From: Phaeosaccion multiseriatum
Lineage: Eukaryota; Protista; Ochrophyta, other classes
Direction: 5' to 3'
Assembly: GCA_965112735.1 (NCBI GenBank)
Contig: OZ218950.1
Coordinates: 6,076,001 to 6,140,000, forward strand
DNA: 64,000 bases
How positions within the stretch are numbered: the stretch's first letter is position 1; every line of letters begins with the position of its first letter. A program made the position numbers and the translations under genes. Of this stretch, positions 22,300 to 35,718 are shown in pieces. The notes under the pieces were generated by a model, which did not search any database, was not told where the DNA came from, and saw nothing but the letters and a program-made list of their open reading frames with translations.

Positions 22300-23280
22300 T
22301 CACTTGGAGGCGGTCTTTCGAGCCCTATCGGTGTCCTTGTCCGCCTCTGGGGGGGCCTGCTTGGTCCTACGTGAAGGCCGCACCACGGCTTCCGGCTTGG
22401 GGATGTCGAGGAGAGTCTTAACTCCCTTGACCATGACATAGCTGTGGTCGTAGTCCGGCGCCCAGTAGTTGTGTCCACCAGGGCCGTGAACTTGCACACC
22501 GCACAGCACGGCGTAGTCCTCCTTCTCGCTGTCCACGGTGTTCTGCAGGTAGCGCTCGATCTGCTTCACAATGACGTCCTTGGCGAGCTTGGTGAGCTCC
22601 GCCAGGTCCTCGCCGCCCTTGCCCTTCTTGGCATTGAGCGCCTCGATGAGCATGGCCGACAGAGCCGTCATCTCAAGGTCGGGGTCGCTGCAGAAGAAAC
22701 GAGCGAATGACAAGAGGGGGGAATGTGAGCAGGCATGAATCCCGTAGTACAGCCCTCCACTTGACACCTTGCCTCTCTCTCTGCCCCGTCCACCGCGCCC
22801 CTCTCTCGCACTCACCTCGTCTCGAGCTTTGGCACGTCCAGTGGCGTCTTGCCCTCGCACTTGCTCAGCTGCCCGTGCAGCCCCGCCAGAGCGCCGCACG
22901 CCTTGGAGTGGGACTTCATGTGCTCCCTCTCGCAAGTCCCGAGCTCCCCCTTGGCCCCGATGCCGATGTGCGGGGCGAAGAAGTACACGTACTTGGGCCG
23001 GGAGCCCTCGGGCCCGGTGGTGGGAGCGTGCGCGTGCATAGCGCCGAAGGCCGTGTTGCCCGCGAAGCAGAGCCCGCCCAGGCCCCTCATGGAGAAGGGC
23101 TCCCCGAGCTCCTCCTTGACGAGCCTCACCAAAGTAGTGCAGATCTCGTCGCGGCAGACGCCCACGCAAGGGATGCACGTGTTGTGGGCAAAGCCGTGCG
23201 TCCTGAGGGCTGCGGCGGCCAGTTTTACGAACTTGGCCTCCTGTATGGGTAACGAGACGGGGGAAGCAACAAAAGTCAGT

Positions 23281-23318
<38 letters not shown>

Positions 23319-23730
23319 CGGCGGCAAACAGACGAACGGAGCGGGCAGTATCTTTTTTTCGTCCCCCCCCCTCTTTTCAAGGCCAGCTCGACCTACCTCA
23401 AACGCATGGCCGAAGTGCTCCGCAACCTGGTCGTGGAAGCCCGCCGGTGTGCGTTCGAAGCTGAAGGCCCTTTGCAAGAACTCCATCTGCCAATCCCCAT
23501 CAGGCAGGAGCAGTAAAAAAGACGGGGTGGGGTGGAAGGGTGGGTAAGCAGGCGCGGGAGCAAAACGGAGTATGAAGAGAGCAGGAAAGAAAAGGTAGAG
23601 GGTGGCACCAATAGGCCGCAAAGAGGGGCCACCGGCACCACCGCAGCGCTGTGTGCATCCTCACCTTTTTCATCACATCCTTGCTCATCGTCCACGCCGT
23701 CGTCCTCTCCGTCGCCATTGCAGGTGCCAT
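22300..23730 (-). CDS. LCIB/LCIC-family (theta-class) carbonic anhydrase, copy 1, 5' type A; exons 23730-23665, 23486-23397, 23240-22816, 22687-22300 (322 aa)
   Basis: GVCRDE, GLGGL.F.G..AFGA..AHAP, YVYFFAPHIGIG..GELG, ACGAL, YAVLCGVQVHGP match the LCIB family; Zn ligands Cys-His-Cys are intact; three GT-AG introns keep the frame. Confidence 0.92.
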
Positions 23731-24472
23731 TGTCTGTTTACAGCCGGTCTAGTAGCCAGAGCTTCGTTAGGGTGGAAAGGAAAGGGGGAGGAGGGTGGCG
23801 AAGAAAAGCTAGTATGTTAAAGATGTTTGTGAGTGGAGAGTTGTGTGTAAAAGGGGGGGTGTGGAGGCGTTGTCAGGTGTGTAGGCGATGTCAGGTGGAT
23901 TGAGGGGGGGAGAGGAATAAAATAAATAAACCCCCCGCCTTCCGGGCCCCGGGCCCTCCACGAGAGCAAGCAGCAACTTCCAATTTCCGTTTTTCCCGCG
24001 AAATGTCAGAGACTTCAACTGGAATGAAGGCGGTGGCTGTGTTTCACCCGCCTCGCTGACAGCGCATAGGAGGGCAAAAGGGACGGGCAGACAGCACTCC
24101 AGACGCGGGACAACACGCGCAGGACAAGACGGGCGTGGGGGCGGCATCAGCCAAGACTGCGGCGGTTCATGCCTTCGAGGAGTTCCGGCAGCAGCCCTCC
24201 TACACGTTCGGCCGGTATAGCAGGGATGAAGGGGAGAGTTCTTCCCTCCGAGCTGTTAACTTGATATGATATAGTCTATTAGTCTAAAATATTATCCCTT
24301 CTACTCGCTCTGTAATTATACAAATGAGTCCCCCCCCTTCAACTGCTGTACAATCCTTACAAAAATGTCCTCGTCCGGCGGCGATTTGTCACCGCGGACT
24401 ATTATGTAGCGCACTCTGAAACCCCATGCCCCTCTCCCCTCTTTGTATCAAAACTCCCTCTCCCCCTCCTCT

Positions 24473-25453
24473 TCACTTGGAGGCGGTCTTTCGAGCCCTG
24501 TCGGTGTCCTTGTCCGCCTCTGGGGGGGCCTGCTTGGTCCTGCGTGAAGGCCGCACCACGGCTTCCGGCTTGGGGATGTCGAGGAGAGTCTTGACTCCCT
24601 TGACCATGACATAGCTGTGGTCGTAGTCCGGCGCCCAGTAGTTGTGTCCACCAGGGCCGTGAACTTGCACACCGCACAGCACGGCGTAGTCCTCCTTCTC
24701 GCTGTCCACGGTGTTCTGCAGGTAGCGCTCGATCTGCTTCACAATGACGTCCTTGGCGAGCTTGGTGAGCTCCGCCAGGTCCTCGCCGCCCTTGCCCTTC
24801 TTGGCATTGAGCGCCTCGATGAGCATGGCCGACAGAGCCGTCATCTCAAGGTCGGGGTCGCTGCAGAAGAAACGAGCGAATGACAAGAGGGGGGAATGTG
24901 AGCAGGCATGAATCCCGTAGTACAGCCCTCCACTTGACACCTTGCCTCTCTCTCTGCCCCGTCCACCGCGCCCCTCTCTCGCACTCACCTCGTCTCGAGC
25001 TTTGGCACGTCCAGTGGCGTCTTGCCCTCGCACTTGCTCAGCTGCCCGTGCAGCCCCGCCAGAGCGCCGCACGCCTTGGAGTGGGACTTCATGTGCTCCC
25101 TCTCGCAAGTCCCGAGCTCCCCCTTGGCCCCGATGCCGATGTGCGGGGCGAAGAAGTACACGTACTTGGGCCGGGAGCCCTCGGGCCCGGTGGTGGGAGC
25201 GTGCGCGTGCATAGCGCCGAAGGCCGTGTTGCCCGCGAAGCAGAGCCCGCCCAGGCCCCTCATGGAGAAGGGCTCCCCGAGCTCCTCCTTGACGAGCCTC
25301 ACCAAAGTAGTGCAGATCTCGTCGCGGCAGACGCCCACGCAAGGGATGCACGTGTTGTGGGCAAAGCCGTGCGTCCTGAGGGCTGCGGCGGCCAGTTTTA
25401 CGAACTTGGCCTCCTGTATGGGTAACGAGACGGGGGAAGCAACAAAAGTCAGT

Positions 25454-25491
<38 letters not shown>

Positions 25492-25903
25492 CGGCGGCAA
25501 ACAGACGAACGGAGCGGGCAGTATCTTTTTTTCGTCCCCCCCCCTCTTTTCAAGGCCAGCTCGACCTACCTCAAACGCATGGCCGAAGTGCTCCGCAACC
25601 TGGTCGTGGAAGCCCGCCGGTGTGCGTTCGAAGCTGAAGGCCCTTTGCAAGAACTCCATCTGCCAATCCCCATCAGGCAGGAGCAGTAAAAAAGACGGGG
25701 TGGGGTGGAAGGGTGGGTAAGCAGGCGCGGGAGCAAAACGGAGTATGAAGAGAGCAGGAAAGAAAAGGTAGAGGGTGGCACCAATAGGCCGCAAAGAGGG
25801 GCCACCGGCACCACCGCAGCGCTGTGTGCATCCTCACCTTTTTCATCACATCCTTGCTCATCGTCCACGCCGTCGTCCTCTCCGTCGCCATTGCAGGTGC
25901 CAT
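24473..25903 (-). CDS. LCIB-family theta-carbonic anhydrase, copy 2, 5' type A
   Basis: Near-identical to copy 1 at +2173 bp; same four-exon structure. Confidence 0.92.
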
Positions 25904-26645
25904 TGTCTGTTTACAGCCGGTCTAGTAGCCAGAGCTTCGTTAGGGTGGAAAGGAAAGGGGGGAGGAGGGTGGCGAAGAAAAGCTAGTATGTTAAAGATGT
26001 TTGTGAGTGGAGAGTTGTGTGTAAAAGGGGGGGTGTGGAGGCGTTGTCAGGTGTGTAGGCGATGTCAGGTGGATTGAGGGGGGGAGAGGAATAAAATAAA
26101 TAAACCCCCCGCCTTCCGGGCCCCGGGCCCTCCACGAGAGCAAGCAGCAACTTCCAATTTCCGTTTTTCCCGCGAAATGTCAGAGACTTCAACTGGAATG
26201 AAGGCGGTGGCTGTGTTTCACCCGCCTCGCTGACAGCGCATAGGAGGGCAAAAGGGACGGGCAGACAGCACTCCAGACGCGGGACAACACGCGCAGGACA
26301 AGACGGGCGTGGGGGCGGCATCAGCCAAGACTGCGGCGGTTCATGCCTTCGAGGAGTTCCGGCAGCAGCCCTCCTACACGTTCGGCCGGTATAGCAGGGA
26401 TGAAGGGGAGAGTTCTTCCCTCCGAGCTGTTAACTTGATATGATATAGTCTATTAGTCTAAAATATTATCCCTTCTACTCGCTCTGTAATTATACAAATG
26501 AGTCCCCCCCCTTCAACTGCTGTACAATCCTTACAAAAATGTCCTCGTCCGGCGGCGATTTGTCACCGCGGACTATTATGTAGCGCACTCTGAAACCCCA
26601 TGCCCCTCTCCCCTCTTTGTATCAAAACTCCCTCTCCCCTCCTCT

Positions 26646-27626
26646 TCACTTGGAGGCGGTCTTTCGAGCCCTGTCGGTGTCCTTGTCCGCCTCTGGGGGG
26701 GCCTGCTTGGTCCTGCGTGAAGGCCGCACCACGGCTTCCGGCTTGGGGATGTCGAGGAGAGTCTTGACTCCCTTGACCATGACATAGCTGTGGTCGTAGT
26801 CCGGCGCCCAGTAGTTGTGTCCACCAGGGCCGTGAACTTGCACACCGCACAGCACGGCGTAGTCCTCCTTCTCGCTGTCCACGGTGTTCTGCAGGTAGCG
26901 CTCGATCTGCTTCACAATGACGTCCTTGGCGAGCTTGGTGAGCTCCGCCAGGTCCTCGCCGCCCTTGCCCTTCTTGGCATTGAGCGCCTCGATGAGCATG
27001 GCCGACAGAGCCGTCATCTCAAGGTCGGGGTCGCTGCAGAAGAAACGAGCGAATGACAAGAGGGGGGAATGTGAGCAGGCATGAATCCCGTAGTACAGCC
27101 CTCCACTTGACACCTTGCCTCTCTCTCTGCCCCGTCCACCGCGCCCCTCTCTCGCACTCACCTCGTCTCGAGCTTTGGCACGTCCAGTGGCGTCTTGCCC
27201 TCGCACTTGCTCAGCTGCCCGTGCAGCCCCGCCAGAGCGCCGCACGCCTTGGAGTGGGACTTCATGTGCTCCCTCTCGCAAGTCCCGAGCTCCCCCTTGG
27301 CCCCGATGCCGATGTGCGGGGCGAAGAAGTACACGTACTTGGGCCGGGAGCCCTCGGGCCCGGTGGTGGGAGCGTGCGCGTGCATAGCGCCGAAGGCCGT
27401 GTTGCCCGCGAAGCAGAGCCCGCCCAGGCCCCTCATGGAGAAGGGCTCCCCGAGCTCCTCCTTGACGAGCCTCACCAAAGTAGTGCAGATCTCGTCGCGG
27501 CAGACGCCCACGCAAGGGATGCACGTGTTGTGGGCAAAGCCGTGCGTCCTGAGGGCTGCGGCGGCCAGTTTTACGAACTTGGCCTCCTGTATGGGTAACG
27601 AGACGGGGGAAGCAACAAAAGTCAGT

Positions 27627-27663
<37 letters not shown>

Positions 27664-28104
27664 GCGGCGGCAAGCAGACGAACGGAGCGGGCAGTATCTT
27701 TTTTTCGTCCCCCCCCCCTCTTTTCAAGGCGAGCTCGACCCACCTCAAACGCATGGCCGAAGTGCTCCGCAACCTGGTCGTGGAAGCCCGCCGGTGTGCG
27801 TTCGAAGCTGAAAGCCCTTTGCAAGAACTCCATCTGCCAAATCCAATCAGGTAGGCGCAGTAAAAAAGACGCGGTGGGGTGGAAGGGTTGGTGAGCGGGC
27901 GCGGGAACAAAACGGCAGATGTAGGGAGCAGGAAAGGAAGGGTAGAAGGGGGACAAAAAGGCCGCAAGGGTAGCGGCGGATAGAGGGGCGACGGCCGGGC
28001 GGGCAGCACAGCAGCGCTGTGCGCATCCTCACCTTTTTCATCACATCCTTGCTCATCATCGTCGTCCACGCCGTCGTCCTCTCCGTCGCCATTGCAGGTG
28101 CCAT
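26646..28104 (-). CDS. LCIB-family theta-carbonic anhydrase, copy 3, 5' type B
   Basis: Same exons 2-4; exon 1 reads MAPAMATERTTAWTTMMSKDVMKK; intron 1 and upstream region differ from type A. Confidence 0.92.
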
Positions 28105-29025
28105 TGTCTGTTTACAGCTGGTGTAGCAGTAGCCAGAGCTTCTTTAGGGTGGAAGGGAAGTGGTGGAGGAGAGTACGCAGAAAAGCTGGCGGCTCAAAGG
28201 TGGTTGTGAGTGAGGAGTGTGAGGAAAAGGGGAGGGTGGAGGCGATGTCAGGTGGAGAGTGGAGGCGGGAGAGAGGAACACAAAAAGTACTTCGAAGTCA
28301 ATGAACCCCCCGCTCTCCACGAGAGCCAGCACACACCACACCACAGCATCCAAGGCAGTGTCCAGTTTCAGCGCGCTGTGCGGCTTTTAACGCGCCGATT
28401 TTTACTGCAATGGAAAGGCATATGGAAGGCTCTCTGCACCCAGACCTCCCCTTCCCCCCCTCCGGATGTCGAGGATGCTGAGGCTTTTGTGACACTCATG
28501 TACGAGTCGACCTACCCGCCGACGAATGAAGATGGTGCGGTGCGTTTCACCCCCCCCCTTCCTGAATCCCTTCCTCGTCGCTGAGAGCGGACAAGAGCGC
28601 ACAAGGGGCTCGGCGCTAATGAGGAGGGACGGGTAGACAGCACTGCAGACGCGGGACAGCAGGCGCAGGACAAGACGGGCGTGGGGGGGGCATCAGCCAA
28701 GACTGCGGCGGTTGATGCCTACTACTAGTACTACGAGGAGTTCAGGCAGCAGGGCTCCCACGTACGGCCGGTAGTACAGGGATTGAGGGGAGAGCTACTT
28801 GATATAGTCTATTAGTCTAAAATGTTATCCCTTTCTACTCGCTCTGCATGTATAAAAATGAGTCTCTTTCCCCCCTCCCTTCAACTGCTGTACAATCCTT
28901 ACAAAAATGTCCTCGTCCGGCGGCGATTTGTCACCTCGGACTATTGTATGTAGCGCATATGTAGCGCACTCTGAAACCGTCTCCCCTCTCTCCTCTTTGT
29001 ATCAAAACTCCCTCTCTCCTCCTCT

Positions 29026-30455
29026 TCACTTGGAGGCGGTCTTTCGAGCCCTGTCGGTGTCCTTGTCCGCCTCTGGGGGGGCCTGCTTGGTCCTGCGTGA
29101 AGGCCGCACCACGGCTTCCGGCTTGGGGATGTCGAGGAGAGTCTTAACTCCCTTGACCATGACATAGCTGTGGTCGTAGTCCGGCGCCCAGTAGTTGTGT
29201 CCACCAGGGCCGTGAACTTGCACACCGCACAGCACGGCGTAGTCCTCCTTCTCGCTGTCCACGGTGTTCTGCAGGTAGCGCTCGATCTGCTTCACAATAA
29301 CGTCCTTGGCGAGCTTGGTGAGCTCCGCCAGGTCCTCGCCGCCCTTGCCCTTCTTGGCGTTGAGCGCCTCGATGAGCATGGCCGACAGAGCCGTCATCTC
29401 AAGGTCGGGGTCGCTGCAGAAGAAACGAGCGAATGGAGGGAAAGGGGGACAAGAGGGGGGAATGTGAGCAGGCATGAATACCGTAGCCACTTGACTCCTT
29501 GCCTCTCTCTCTGCCCCATCCACCGCGCCCCTCTCTCGCACTCACCTCGTCTCGAGCTTTGGCACGTTCAGTGGCGTCTTGCCCTCGCACTTACTCAGCT
29601 GCCCGTGCAGCCCCGCCAGAGCGCCGCACGCCTTGGAGTGGGACTTCATGTGCTCCCTCTCGCAAGTCCCGAGCTCCCCCTTGGCCCCGATGCCGATGTG
29701 CGGGGCGAAGAAGTACACGTACTTGGGCCGGGAGCCCTCGGGCCCGGTGGTGGGAGCGTGCGCGTGCATAGCGCCGAAGGCCGTGTTGCCCGCGAAGCAG
29801 AGCCCGCCCAGGCCCCTCATGGAGAAGGGCTCCCCGAGCTCCTCCTTGACGAGCCTCACCAAAGTAGTGCAGATCTCGTCGCGGCAGACGCCCACGCAAG
29901 GGATGCACGTGTTGTGTGCAAAGCCGTGCGTCCTGAGGGCTGCGGCGGCGAGTTTTACGAACTTGGCCTCCTGTATGGGTAACGAGACGGGGGAAGCAAC
30001 AAAAGTCAGTAGTAGCAGCAGCAGCCAGCAGCAGCAGCAGTAGCGGCGGCAAACAGACGAACGGAGCGGGCAGTATCTTTTTTTTGTCCCCCCCCCTCTT
30101 TTCAAGGCCAGCTCGACCTACCTCAAACGCATGGCCGAAGTGCTCTGCAACCTGGTCGTGGAAGCCCGCCGGTGTGCGTTCGAAGCTGAAGGCCCTTTGC
30201 AAGAACTCCATCTGCCAATCCCCATCAGGTAGGCGCAGTAAAAAAGACGGGGGGAGGTGGAAGGGTGGGTAAGCAGGCGCGGGAGCAAAACGGAGTATGA
30301 AGAGAGCAGGAAAGAAAAGGTAGAGGGTGGCACCAATAGGCCGCAAAGAGGGGCCACCGGCACCACCGCAGCGCTGTGTGCATCCTCACCTTTTTCATCA
30401 CATCCTTGCTCATCGTCCACGCCGTCGTCCTCTCCGTCGCCATTGCAGGTGCCAT
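29026..30455 (-). CDS. LCIB-family theta-carbonic anhydrase, copy 4, 5' type A (variant intron 3; PLNV instead of PLDV)
   Basis: Same four-exon structure, intact frame and motifs. Confidence 0.92.
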
Positions 30456-31246
30456 TGTCTGTTTACAGCCGGTCTAGTAGCCAGAGCTTCGTTAGGGTGG
30501 AAAGGAAAGGGGGGAGGAGGGTGGCGAAGAAAAGCTAGTATGTTAAAGATGTTTGTGAGTGGAGAGTATAGTGTAAAAAGGGGAGTGTGGAGGCGTTGTC
30601 AGGTGTGTATATAGGCGATGTCAGGGTGGATTGAGGGGGGGAGCGGAATAAAATAAATAAACCCCCCGCCTTCCGGGCCCCGGGCCCTCCACGAGAGCAA
30701 GCAGCAACTTCCAATTTCCATTTTTCCCGCGAAATTGTCAGAGACTTCAACTGGAATGCAGGCGCTGGCTGTGTTTCACCCGCCGCCCCTCCTGCCTCGC
30801 TGACAGCGCACAGGAGGGCAAAAGGGGTACGGGGCTAATGAGGAGGGACGGGCAGACAACACTCCAGACGCGGGACAGCACGCGCAGGACAAGACGGGCG
30901 TGGGGGCGGCATCAGCCAAGACTGCGGCGGTTCATGCCTTCGAGGAGTTCCGGCAGCAGCCCTCCTACACGTTCGGCCGGTATAGCAGGGATGAAGGGGA
31001 GAGTTCTTCCCTCCGAGCTGTTAACTTGATATGATATAGTCTATTAGTCTAAAATGTTATCCCTTCTACTCGCTCTGCATGTATAAAAATGAGTCTCTTT
31101 CCCCCCTCCCTTCAACTGCTGTACAATCCTTACAAAAATGTCCTCGTCCGGCGGCGATTTGTCACCTCGGACTATTGTATGTAGCGCACTCTAAAACCCC
31201 ATGCCCCTCTCCCCTCTTTGTATCAAAACTCCCTCTCCCCTCCTCT

Positions 31247-32233
31247 TCACTTGGAGGCGGTCTTTCGAGCCCTGTCGGTGTCCTTGTCCGCCTCTGGGGG
31301 GGCCTGTTTGGTCCTACGTGAAGGCCGCACCACGGCTTCCGGCTTGGGGATGTCGAGGAGAGTCTTGACTCCCTTGACCATGACATAGCTGTGGTCGTAG
31401 TCCGGCGCCCAGTAGTTGTGTCCACCAGGGCCGTGAACTTGCACACCGCACAGCACGGCGTAGTCCTCCTTCTCGCTGTCCACGGTGTTCTGCAGGTAGC
31501 GCTCGATCTGCTTCACAATGACGTCCTTGGCGAGCTTGGTGAGCTCCGCCAGGTCCTCGCCGCCCTTGCCCTTCTTGGCATTGAGCGCCTCGATGAGCAT
31601 GGCCGACAGAGCCGTCATCTCAAGGTCGGGGTCGCTGCAGAAGAAACGAGCGAATGACAAGAGGGGGGAATGTGAGCAGGCATGAATCCCGTAGTACAGC
31701 CCTCCACTTGACACCTTGCCTCTCTCTCTGCCCCGTCCACCGCGCCCCTCTCTCGCACTCACCTCGTCTCGAGCTTTGGCACGTCCAGTGGCGTCTTGCC
31801 CTCGCACTTGCTCAGCTGCCCGTGCAGCCCCGCCAGAGCGCCGCACGCCTTGGAGTGGGACTTCATGTGCTCCCTCTCGCAAGTCCCGAGCTCCCCCTTG
31901 GCCCCGATGCCGATGTGCGGGGCGAAGAAGTACACGTACTTGGGCCGGGAGCCCTCGGGCCCGGTGGTGGGAGCGTGCGCGTGCATAGCGCCGAAGGCCG
32001 TGTTGCCCGCGAAGCAGAGCCCGCCCAGGCCCCTCATGGAGAAGGGCTCCCCGAGCTCCTCCTTGACGAGCCTCACCAAAGTAGTGCAGATCTCGTCGCG
32101 GCAGACGCCCACGCAAGGGATGCACGTGTTGTGTGCAAAGCCGTGCGTCCTGAGGGCTGCGGCGGCCAGTTTTACGAACTTGGCCTCCTGTATGGGTAAC
32201 GAGACGGGGGAAGCAACAGAAGTCAGTAGTAGT

Positions 32234-32279
<46 letters not shown>

Positions 32280-32713
32280 GCGGCGGCAAACAGACGAACG
32301 GAGCGGGCAGTATCTTTTTTTCGTCCCCCCCCCCTCTTTTCAAGGCCAGCTCGACCTACCTCAAACGCATGGCCGAAGTGCTCTGCAACCTGGTCGTGGA
32401 AGCCCGCCGGTGTGCGTTCGAAGCTGAAAGCCCTTTGCAAGAACTCCATCTGCCAAATCCAATCAGGTAGGCGCAGTAAAAAAGACGCGGTGGGGTGGAA
32501 GGGTTGGTGAGCGGGCGTGGGAACAAAACGGCAGATGTAGGGAGCAGGAAAGGAAGGGTAGACCAACAGGCCGCAAGGGTAGCGGCGGATAGAGGGGCGA
32601 CGGCCGGGCGGGCAGCACAGCAGCGCTGTGCGCATCCTCACCTTTTTCATCACATCCTTGCTCATCATCGTCGTCCACGCCGTCGTCCTCTCCGTCGCCA
32701 TTGCAGGTGCCAT
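31247..32713 (-). CDS. LCIB-family theta-carbonic anhydrase, copy 5, 5' type B
   Basis: Same four-exon structure, intact frame and motifs. Confidence 0.92.
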
Positions 32714-33531
32714 TGTCTGTTTACAGCTGGTGTAGTAGTAGCCAGAGCTTCTTTAGGGTGGAAGGGAAGTGGTGGAGGAGAGTACCGCAGAAAAGCTGGC
32801 GGCTCAAAGGTGGTTGTGAGTGAGGAGTGTGAGGAAAAGGGGAGGGTGGAGGCGATGTCAGGTGGAGAGTGGAGGCGGGAGAGAGGAACACAAAAAGTAC
32901 TTCGAAGTCAATGAACCCCCCGCTCTCCACGAGAGCCAGCACAGCATCCAAGGCAGTGTCCAGTTTCAGCGCGCTGTGCGGCTTTTAACGCGCCGATCTT
33001 GTGTGACACTCATGTACGAGTCGACCTACCCGCCGACGAATGAAGATGGTGCGGTGCGTTTCACCCCCCCCCCTTCCTGAATCCCTTCCTCGTCGCTGAG
33101 AGCGGACAAGAGCGCACAAGGGGCTCGGGGCTAATGAGGAGGGACGGGTAGACAGCACTGCAGACGCGGGACAGCAGGCGCAGGACAAGACGGGCGTGGG
33201 GGGGGGCATCAGCCAAGACTGCGGCGGTTGATGCCTACTACTAGTTCTACGAGGAGTTCAGGCAGCAGGGCTCCCACGTACGGCCGGTAGTACAGGGATT
33301 GAGGGGAGAGCTACTTGATATAGTCTATTAGTCGAAAATGTTGTCCCTTTCTACTCGCTCTGCATGTATAAAAATGAGTCTCTTTCCCCCCACCCTTCAA
33401 CTGCTGTACAATCCTTACAAAAATGTCCTCGTCCGGCGGCGATTTGTCACCTCGGACTATTGTATGTAGCGCACTCTAAAACCCCATGCCCCTCTCCCCT
33501 CTTTGTATCAAAACTCCCTCTCCCCTCCTCT

Positions 33532-34522
33532 TCACTTGGAGGCGGTCTTTCGAGCCCTATCGGTGTCCTTGTCCGCCTCTGGTGGGGCCTGCTTGGTCCT
33601 GCGTGAAGGCCGCACCACGGCTTCCGGCTTGGGGATGTCGAGGAGAGTCTTGACTCCCTTGACCATGACATAGCTGTGGTCGTAGTCCGGCGCCCAGTAG
33701 TTGTGTCCACCAGGGCCGTGAACTTGCACACCGCACAGCACGGCGTAGTCCTCCTTCTCGCTGTCCACGGTGTTCTGCAGGTAGCGCTCGATCTGCTTCA
33801 CAATGACGTCCTTGGCGAGCTTGGTGAGCTCCGCCAGGTCCTCGCCGCCCTTGCCCTTCTTGGCGTTGAGCGCCTCGATGAGCATGGCCGACAGAGCCGT
33901 CATCTCAAGGTCGGGGTCGCTGCAGAAGAAACGAGCGAATGGAGGGAAAGGGGGACAAGAGGGGGGAATGTGAGCAGGCATGAATCCCGTAGCCACTTGA
34001 CTCCTTGCCTCTCTCTCTGCCCCATCCACCGCGCCCCTCTCTCGCACTCACCTCGTCTCGAGCTTTGGCACGTCCAGTGGCGTCTTGCCCTCGCACTTGC
34101 TCAGCTGCCCGTGCAGCCCCGCCAGAGCGCCGCACGCCTTGGAGTGGGACTTCATGTGCTCCCTCTCGCAAGTCCCGAGCTCCCCCTTGGCCCCGATGCC
34201 GATGTGCGGGGCGAAGAAGTACACGTACTTGGGCCGGGAGCCCTCGGGCCCGGTGGTGGGAGCGTGCGCGTGCATAGCGCCGAAGGCCGTGTTGCCCGCG
34301 AAGCAGAGCCCGCCCAGGCCCCTCATGGAGAAGGGCTCCCCGAGCTCCTCCTTGACGAGCCTCACCAAAGTAGTGCAGATCTCGTCGCGGCAGACGCCCA
34401 CGCAAGGGATGCACGTGTTGTGTGCAAAGCCGTGCGTCCTGAGGGCTGCGGCGGCGAGTTTTACGAACTTGGCCTCCTGTATGGGTAACGAGACGGGGGA
34501 AGCAACAGAAGTCAGAAGTAGT

Positions 34523-34556
<34 letters not shown>

Positions 34557-34966
34557 GCGGCAAGCAGACGAACGGAGCGGGCAGTATTTTTTTTCGTCCC
34601 CCCCCCCTCTTTTCAAGGCCAGCTCGACCTACCTCAAACGCATGGCCGAAGTGCTCTGCAACCTGGTCGTGGAAGCCCGCCGGTGTGCGTTCAAAGCTGA
34701 AAGCCCTTTGCAAGAACTCCATCTGCCAATCCCCATCAGGCAGGAGCAGTAAAAAAGACGGGGTGGGGTGGAAGGGTGGGTAAGCAGGCGCGGGAGCAAA
34801 ACGGAGTATGAAGAGAGCAGGAAAGAAAAGGTAGAGGGTGGCACCAATAGGCCGCAAAGAGGGGCCACCGGCACCACCGCAGCGCTGTGTGCATCCTCAC
34901 CTTTTTCATCACATCCTTGCTCATCGTCCACGCCGTCGTCCTCTCCGTCGCCATTGCAGGTGCCAT
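33532..34966 (-). CDS. LCIB-family theta-carbonic anhydrase, copy 6, 5' type A (variant intron 3)
   Basis: Same four-exon structure, intact frame and motifs. Confidence 0.92.
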
Positions 34967-35718
34967 TGTCTGTTTACAGCCGGTCTAGTAGCCAGAGCTT
35001 CGTTAGGGTGGAAAGGAAAGGGGGGAGGAGGGTGGCGAAGAAAAGCTAGTATGTTAAAGATGTTTGTGAGTGGAGAGTTGTGTGTAAAAGGGGGAGTGTG
35101 GAGGCGTTGTCAGGTGTGTAGGCGATGTCAGGTGGATTGAGGGGGGGAGAGGAATAAAATAAATAAACCCCCCGCCTTCCGGGCCCCGGGCCCTCCACGA
35201 GAGCAAGCAGCAACTTCCAATTTCCGTTTTTCCCGCGAAATGTCAGAGACTTCAACTGGAATGAAGGCGGTGGCTGTGTTTCACCCGCCTCGCTGACAGC
35301 GCATAGGAGGGCAAAAGGGACGGGCAGACAGCACTCCAGACGCGGGACAACACGCGCAGGACAAGACGGGCGTGGGGGCGGCATCAGCCAAGACTGCGGC
35401 GGTTCATGCCTTCGAGGAGTTCCGGCAGCAGCCCTCCTACACGTTCGGCCGGTATAGCAGGGATGAAGGGGAGAGTTCTTCCCTCCGAGCTGTTAACTTG
35501 ATATGATATAGTCTATTAGTCTAAAATGTTATCCCTTCTACTCGCTCTGCATGTATAAAAATGAGTCTCTTTCCCCCCTCCCTTCAACTGCTGTACAATC
35601 CTTACAAAAATGTCCTCGTCCGGCGGCGATTTGTCACCTCGGACTATTGTATGTAGCGCACTCTAAAACCCCATGCCCCTCTCCCCTCTTTGTATCAAAA
35701 CTCCCTCTCCCCTCCTCT

